Shown piece after piece: positions 58,882 to 64,000 of a stretch of DNA of 64,000 nucleotides; the stretch's first letter is position 1; each line of letters starts with the position of its first letter. Source of the DNA: Candidatus Omnitrophica bacterium UBA6215 (GTDB lineage Bacteria > Omnitrophota > Gorgyraeia > Pluralincolimonadales > Pluralincolimonadaceae); contig DISH01000004.1 of NCBI GenBank assembly GCA_002421665.1, positions 381,900 through 445,899 on the forward strand, written 5' to 3'. Under the pieces are notes generated by a model. It was not told the DNA's origin, made no database searches, and saw only the letters and a program-made list of their open reading frames with translations. A program made the translations under genes and the position numbers.

Positions 58882-61557
58882 ATGCGAGAGATACCTTCGG
58901 CTTACAATCCGAAAGATACGGAAAAGAAATGGTACAGGGCCTGGGAGGCCGCGGGATATTTCCACGCGGAACCTTCCGACACTAAAAAACCGTATACCAT
59001 CGTCATACCGCCGCCTAACGTGACAGGCATCCTGCATATGGGCCACGCGCTCAACGATACAGTGCAAGATATCCTCATCAGGTGGAGGAGGATGCAGGGT
59101 TGGAACGCCGAATGGCTCCCCGGGACTGACCACGCCGGTATAGCGACACAGAATGTCGTCGAAAAAAAGATAGCCAAAGAGGGTTTAAAGCGCCAGGACC
59201 TCGGCAGGGAGGAGTTCATCAAGAGGGTATGGCAATGGCGCGAAGAATACGGCTCGACCATCATAAACCAGCTCAAACGCCTCGGTTGCTCATGCGATTG
59301 GGACCGCACAAGATTCACTATGGATGAAGGGCTCTCCAATGCGGTTAAGGAAGTCTTTGTCCGCCTTTATGAAAAAGACCTCATCTATCGCGGTAACTAC
59401 ATAATCAACTGGTGCCCGAGGTGCCAGACTGCCCTGAGTGACGAAGAAGCGCAGCACAAGGACCTGAACGGTTCCCTTTATTATATTAAATACCCGGTAA
59501 AGGGTGAGAAGAGGCATGTGACCGTGGCCACTACGCGTCCCGAGACTATGCTTGGGGACATTGCGGTCGCGGTAAACCCCGCCGACCCGCGCTTCAAAAA
59601 CCTTATAGGCGAAACACTGGTGCTCCCGATGATCGGCAGGGAGATAAAGGTCATTGCAGACGGTTTCGTTGACATGGAGTTTGGCACGGGCGCCGTAAAG
59701 GTCACCCCTGCACATGACCCCAACGACTTTGAAATGGGCAGGCGCCATGGCCTTGAACCCGTGGTGGTTATGTCACCGGACGGCACGATGAACGACAAAG
59801 CCGGCGATTATGCCGGGATGGACAGGTTCGAGGCGCGCGAGGCCATAATAGAGGACCTTAAGGATCTAAAACTACTCGAAAAGGTCGATCCTCACTCCCA
59901 CTCGGTAGGCCACTGTTACAGGTGTCACACCGTCGTGGAGCCGTATCTTTCGGAACAATGGTTCGTGAGGATGAAACCCCTCGCTAAGCCCGGCATTGAA
60001 GCGATAAGGAGCGGGAAGATAAAGTTCCACCCCGAACGCTGGACTAAAGTCTACCTCGAATGGATGGAGAACATCCGCGACTGGTGCATCTCACGCCAGA
60101 TATGGTGGGGCCACAGGATACCCGTATATTATTGCAGTAAGTGTAAAACTGCCGGGAAGAAAGGGATAATAGTATCCCGCGTAAGGCCCGAAAAATGCCC
60201 GGAATGTTCGAATACTGAGCTCTTCCAGGATGAGGACGTGCTCGATACCTGGTTCTCGTCATGGCTCTGGCCGTTCTCGACATTCGGTTGGCCGGAAAAG
60301 ACCAAAGACCTTTCGTATTTTTACCCGACTTCCACGCTTGCCACGGCACAGGAGATAATATTTTTCTGGGTCGCGAGAATGATAATGGCGGGGTACGAGT
60401 TCATGGGAGATGCACCTTTCCGCGACATCTACATCCACGGGACGGTAAGGGATGAGACCGGAGCGAAGATGTCAAAATCGCTCGGCAACATCATAGACCC
60501 TATAGATATAATAAACGAGTACGGCACCGACGCGCTGCGTTTCAGCCTTATATCGATCACCGCAAGCGGCCAGGACGTATATCTTTCCAGGGAAAAATTC
60601 GAGCTCGGAAGGAACTTCGCCAACAAGGTATGGAATGCTTCGCGCTTCATACTGATGAACATTAACGGTAATATCATCCTGCCGCAAGAGCTCCCCGGAG
60701 CAGGGCTTTCCTTTGCCGATAAATGGATACTCTCGCGCCTGAACAGGACGGCCTCTTCGGTCGATTCCTCGCTTGAGAACTTCAGGTTCAACGAAGCTGC
60801 CAACACCATCTACGAGTTCTTCTGGCACGAATTCTGCGACTGGTACGTCGAACTGGTAAAACCGGAAATGACAAAAGACGAGTTCAGGGCTTCCGCAAGA
60901 AAGAAGGTTGTCCAGTCAGTGCTCATACACTGTATCGACAGCACCCTCAGGATGCTGCATCCGTTCATGCCGTTCGTGACCGAAGAGATATGGCAGAGCC
61001 TGCCGATAAATGACGGCCGCGAGACCGGCTCCATAATGTTCGCCGAATGGCCTCAGGCGCAGCCTTCCCTGCTCGATGAAAACATCGAAAGTGAGATGGC
61101 CGTTATCATAGGCGTTATAACCTCCATACGCAATATACGCTCCGAGCTGAACATACAACCACAGAAGTTATGCAAAGCTTTAGTGTCCGGGAACGTCAAA
61201 ACCCGCTCAATGCTCGGCGCTTCCGCGGAATATATAAAGAACCTTGCGCGCCTAGAGTCGTTCGAAGTAACAGAAAAACTCGTACGCCCAAAGGTATCAT
61301 CTGTGGCCGTTTTCGGGGATTGCGAGATATGCGTACCTCTTGAAGGCCTGGTAGACCTCGAGGCCGAGAAGAAAAAGTTATCCGGCAGGATAGGAGAGCT
61401 TGAAAAATACGCCAAATCAATTGAAACCAAGCTCAATAACAGGAGTTTTGCCGAAAAGGCGCCAAAGGCAGTGGTCGACGGCGAGAAGGCGAAACTTTCC
61501 GAAACAAGGGTATCGCTGGATAAATTGAAGGAGAACCTAAAACGATTAGAGACCTAG
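58882..61557 (+). CDS. valS: valine--tRNA ligase
   Basis: HIGH (PNVTGILHMGHALN), KMSKS, and a C-terminal coiled coil. Confidence 0.97.
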   Translation: MREIPSAYNPKDTEKKWYRAWEAAGYFHAEPSDTKKPYTIVIPPPNVTGILHMGHALNDTVQDILIRWRRMQGWNAEWLPGTDHAGIATQNVVEKKIAKEGLKRQDLGREEFIKRVWQWREEYGSTIINQLKRLGCSCDWDRTRFTMDEGLSNAVKEVFVRLYEKDLIYRGNYIINWCPRCQTALSDEEAQHKDLNGSLYYIKYPVKGEKRHVTVATTRPETMLGDIAVAVNPADPRFKNLIGETLVLPMIGREIKVIADGFVDMEFGTGAVKVTPAHDPNDFEMGRRHGLEPVVVMSPDGTMNDKAGDYAGMDRFEAREAIIEDLKDLKLLEKVDPHSHSVGHCYRCHTVVEPYLSEQWFVRMKPLAKPGIEAIRSGKIKFHPERWTKVYLEWMENIRDWCISRQIWWGHRIPVYYCSKCKTAGKKGIIVSRVRPEKCPECSNTELFQDEDVLDTWFSSWLWPFSTFGWPEKTKDLSYFYPTSTLATAQEIIFFWVARMIMAGYEFMGDAPFRDIYIHGTVRDETGAKMSKSLGNIIDPIDIINEYGTDALRFSLISITASGQDVYLSREKFELGRNFANKVWNASRFILMNINGNIILPQELPGAGLSFADKWILSRLNRTASSVDSSLENFRFNEAANTIYEFFWHEFCDWYVELVKPEMTKDEFRASARKKVVQSVLIHCIDSTLRMLHPFMPFVTEEIWQSLPINDGRETGSIMFAEWPQAQPSLLDENIESEMAVIIGVITSIRNIRSELNIQPQKLCKALVSGNVKTRSMLGASAEYIKNLARLESFEVTEKLVRPKVSSVAVFGDCEICVPLEGLVDLEAEKKKLSGRIGELEKYAKSIETKLNNRSFAEKAPKAVVDGEKAKLSETRVSLDKLKENLKRLET

Positions 61558-61700
61558 CCGACAAAGAGATACTTGACCTTATCCGCCGGGCGATCGAAGA
61601 GGATGTCAACGGCGGCGATATAACTTCCCGACTGCTGTTCCCCGGGTCCGGTAAAGCGCAGGCAGTAATAACCGCAAAGGAGGAAGGTATAGTCGCCGGC

Positions 61701-62405
61701 ATGACGGTCGCGATGGCAGTCTTTGTTATGCGCGACTCGAAAGCGAAATTCATGCCTCTCGTCCGGGACGGAAACAGGGTAAAGCCCGGGCAGCAAATAG
61801 CCTATATAGAATCGGAGCTGGGCTCAATACTGACCGCCGAAAGGACTGCCCTCAATTTCCTGAGCAGGCTCTCCGGGATAGCCACCCTTACAGCCAGGTT
61901 CGTAGATGCGGTGGTCCCATACAAGACCAGGATATTGGATACAAGAAAAACCACTCCCGGAATGAGGCTGCTTGAAAAATACGCCGTAAGTACAGGAGGC
62001 GGGACCAACCACAGGATAGGTCTCTTCGACCAGGTACTCATAAAAGATAACCATATAGCCGCGGCCAAAAACAACTGGGACCTGATAGCCGAAGCAGTAA
62101 AGTCCGCCAGGAAGAAAAGGATAAAATCCGAGGTAGAGGTCCAGGACCTTACCCAATTCAAGAGGGTCCTTGAAATGGGCCCGGATATAATAATGCTCGA
62201 TAACATGACCCTGAAGGAAATAAAACAGGCCGTAAAGCTGCGTGATAACGGGTATTTCGAAGTGAAACTTGAAATTTCCGGAGGGGTGAACCTTAGGAAT
62301 ATAAGAAAATTCGCTTCATCTGGCGTGGATCTTGTATCCATAGGTGCCTTGACCCATTCCGCAAAAGCAATAGATTTTTCTCTCGAGATAGTAGAAAACC
62401 CATGA
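61701..62405 (+). CDS. nadC: nicotinate-nucleotide pyrophosphorylase (carboxylating). Coordinates run from the first ATG, and the real N-terminus probably starts near 61557.
   Basis: QAPRTase motifs (LDTRKTTPGMR, DNHI, MLDNM). The conserved N-terminal region (ILDLIRRAIEEDVNGGDITSRLLFPG...) is in-frame upstream with no ATG, GTG or TTG. Confidence 0.85.
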   Translation: MTVAMAVFVMRDSKAKFMPLVRDGNRVKPGQQIAYIESELGSILTAERTALNFLSRLSGIATLTARFVDAVVPYKTRILDTRKTTPGMRLLEKYAVSTGGGTNHRIGLFDQVLIKDNHIAAAKNNWDLIAEAVKSARKKRIKSEVEVQDLTQFKRVLEMGPDIIMLDNMTLKEIKQAVKLRDNGYFEVKLEISGGVNLRNIRKFASSGVDLVSIGALTHSAKAIDFSLEIVENP

Positions 62406-62776
62406 GCCAGCTGCTACAAATTATAATTGGCGGCGCACTCGGGACGGTTTCCAGGTATGCCGTCTCCGTGCTCGTTTACAGGTCCGCCGGCACCGACTTT
62501 CCTTACGGCACCCTGGTCGTCAACTTAACGGGATGTTTTCTCATCGGTTTCCTGGCATCGGTCACGGAAGACCGGCTTCTCCTCGGCTCCAATATCAGGG
62601 CTTTCCTGATGATAGGATTTTGCGGGGCTTTCACTACGTTTTCCACATTCATACTCGAAACCGCCAACCTGATAAAGGATGGGGAGACATCCAGGGCGCT
62701 TGTCAATGTCCTTTTAAGTGTAATTGCCGGGTTCATCGTATTCAGGCTGGGAGTGCTGGCCGGAGACCTGGTATAG
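62402..62776 (+). CDS. crcB: fluoride ion channel CrcB (Fluc)
   Basis: GGALGTVSRY...PYGTLVVNLTGCFLIGF...GFCGAFTTFSTF signature. ATGA overlap with nadC. Confidence 0.9.
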   Translation: MSQLLQIIIGGALGTVSRYAVSVLVYRSAGTDFPYGTLVVNLTGCFLIGFLASVTEDRLLLGSNIRAFLMIGFCGAFTTFSTFILETANLIKDGETSRALVNVLLSVIAGFIVFRLGVLAGDLV

Positions 62777-62793
62777 ATAAAGGGGGATAATAC

Positions 62794-63132
62794 ATGAAGA
62801 TACCGGCGGACGGAAAACTGCTAAGGATATTCATTGGCGAAGCCGATAAATTTAACGGCAGGCCGCTTTACGAAGAGATAGTCCTACTCGCAAGGAAGGA
62901 AGGCATGGCGGGTGCCACGGTCATCAAGGGATCTATGGGTTTTGGCTGCAAGAGCCGTATGCATACCGCAAAATTACTTGAGTTGTCTTCGGACCTGCCC
63001 GTGGTCATCGAAATAGTCGATAGCGAAGAAAAGATAGGCGGTTTCATACCTCATCTGGATGAAATGGTAAAGGAGGGCCTCGTGACGCTTGAAAAGGCTA
63101 ACGTTATAATGTACAGGGCCGGGAGCAAGTAG
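62794..63132 (+). CDS. DUF190 (PII-like) protein commonly paired with CrcB
   Basis: LLRIFIGEADKFNGRPLYEEIV...GATVIKGSMGFG...LPVVIEIVD are typical DUF190 motifs. Confidence 0.8.
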   Translation: MKIPADGKLLRIFIGEADKFNGRPLYEEIVLLARKEGMAGATVIKGSMGFGCKSRMHTAKLLELSSDLPVVIEIVDSEEKIGGFIPHLDEMVKEGLVTLEKANVIMYRAGSK

Positions 63133-63147
63133 GCCTCGCAGGCTGCC

Positions 63148-64000
63148 ATGAAAAAGATCGAACCCAAGAACTGGGAAGAGATAGCCGAGCATAAGGGCAT
63201 GGACAAAGCCAGGGGGCTCGCAGGATGGGAAGGCAGCTGCGACAGGACATTCATAGGCAAGGACGGCTCCTTCGCCGTTTACCCGTATCCTTTCAGGTTG
63301 AGCTTCTGGATATACGACAGGCACGCCGACAGGTTGTACACCCCTGAGACCTTTGAAACGCAATGGAGGCTGGTCGAAGGCGGCTATCCCGTCACCATCA
63401 TCAGTTGGAAAAACGGCGATATCGAAGCATCTACCACTATATTCTCGTGGCTCGATGAAAAACTGGGAAAGGTACTGACCTATGCCAGGGAGTCGGTAAC
63501 CAATACCGGAAAGAAGGATAAAGAGGTTTCCGTATATGCGGTAATACGCGAGAACCCGCTATACCCAAAATGGAAGGTAGAAGGCATAAAAACGGTAGAA
63601 TATGATTCCGACCATACCGTCACCATAAACGGCGTGGCACGCCTTTTCCTGGACGAAAGAGCTGACGGGCCTTTCGGCAAAGATATCAAGGGCTGCCTGT
63701 CTTTTACCAGAAAGATACCGGCGGCGGGCACCGAAAGCCTCGACTTCATGGTCCCCTCCCGGGAAGGCAAGCCGATAAATTTCAATGACATAAAAGATCT
63801 GGGTTTTGACGAGGCGCTTGATTTGACGATCGCCTTCTGGAAAGAACGGATCCCCGTAAAACTCGTCCTTCCCGATAAGAGATACTCCGATTGTTTTTAT
63901 TCTTCGCTCTATTATATTCTCATAATGAATGAACAGCACAAACTCTATCCCGGGCCCTATGAATACGTATCGCTCTTCCTGCACGACGCCATAGACATGG
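63148..64000 (+). CDS. partial (3'-truncated by window) GH15-like / six-hairpin glycosidase family protein, paralog of the C-terminal region of the ORF at 8502
   Basis: Open frame from the ATG at 63148 to the window end. Beta-sandwich N-domain pattern (TQWRLVEGGYPVTIISWKNGDIEASTTIFSW) parallels ARWDHGDWILDITAVAV in the 8502 protein. Confidence 0.5.
   Translation, partial: MKKIEPKNWEEIAEHKGMDKARGLAGWEGSCDRTFIGKDGSFAVYPYPFRLSFWIYDRHADRLYTPETFETQWRLVEGGYPVTIISWKNGDIEASTTIFSWLDEKLGKVLTYARESVTNTGKKDKEVSVYAVIRENPLYPKWKVEGIKTVEYDSDHTVTINGVARLFLDERADGPFGKDIKGCLSFTRKIPAAGTESLDFMVPSREGKPINFNDIKDLGFDEALDLTIAFWKERIPVKLVLPDKRYSDCFYSSLYYILIMNEQHKLYPGPYEYVSLFLHDAIDM

Noticed and set aside
62300-62402. Fluoride riboswitch upstream of crcB
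   Set aside because: crcB overlaps nadC coding sequence, and no crcB-motif-like conserved stretch is apparent in the preceding sequence.

Overview
Compact, gene-dense bacterial chromosomal segment, almost entirely + strand. Outer-membrane-type proteins, a PEP-CTERM protein, SurA-like, HtpX and LepB point to a diderm. Most of it is tightly coupled housekeeping genes: rimO, pgsA/pgpA, a recA-htrA-recX-alaS-hisDBHAFI-trpEGDCF supraoperon with near-zero intergenic space, trpBA, manC, ruvX, lepA-lepB-pgsA-plsY-gpsA, tRNA-Pro(GGG), a hom-thrC-apgM-like-lysC threonine cluster, a cimA-like gene, valS, nadC and crcB-DUF190. Accessory content: (1) a 1076-aa secreted protein with 3-4 discoidin domains plus a six-hairpin (GH15-like) glycosidase region, with a catalytic-domain-only paralog at the window end; (2) a c-di-GMP module, comprising a signal-less solute-binding-like protein plus a GAF-GGDEF cyclase, and later a PilZ protein; (3) the most unusual part, a ~14 kb insert splitting trpF from trpBA. 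That insert holds PilZ, HtpX, a DinG-like helicase, a CHASE2/PP2C sensor phosphatase, a small PEP-CTERM protein, and a 3-gene cassette behind a near-consensus promoter with a palindromic operator. The cassette is a TPR + C-terminal beta-barrel outer-membrane protein (Slam/DUF560-like), a 2201-aa secreted protein with tandem N-terminal FecR domains and ~1700 aa of Gly/Tyr/Asp/Ser/Trp-rich degenerate repeats, and a small SurA-N-like lipoprotein. I propose it as a candidate dedicated surface-export system. No CRISPR arrays, transposases or integrases were seen.
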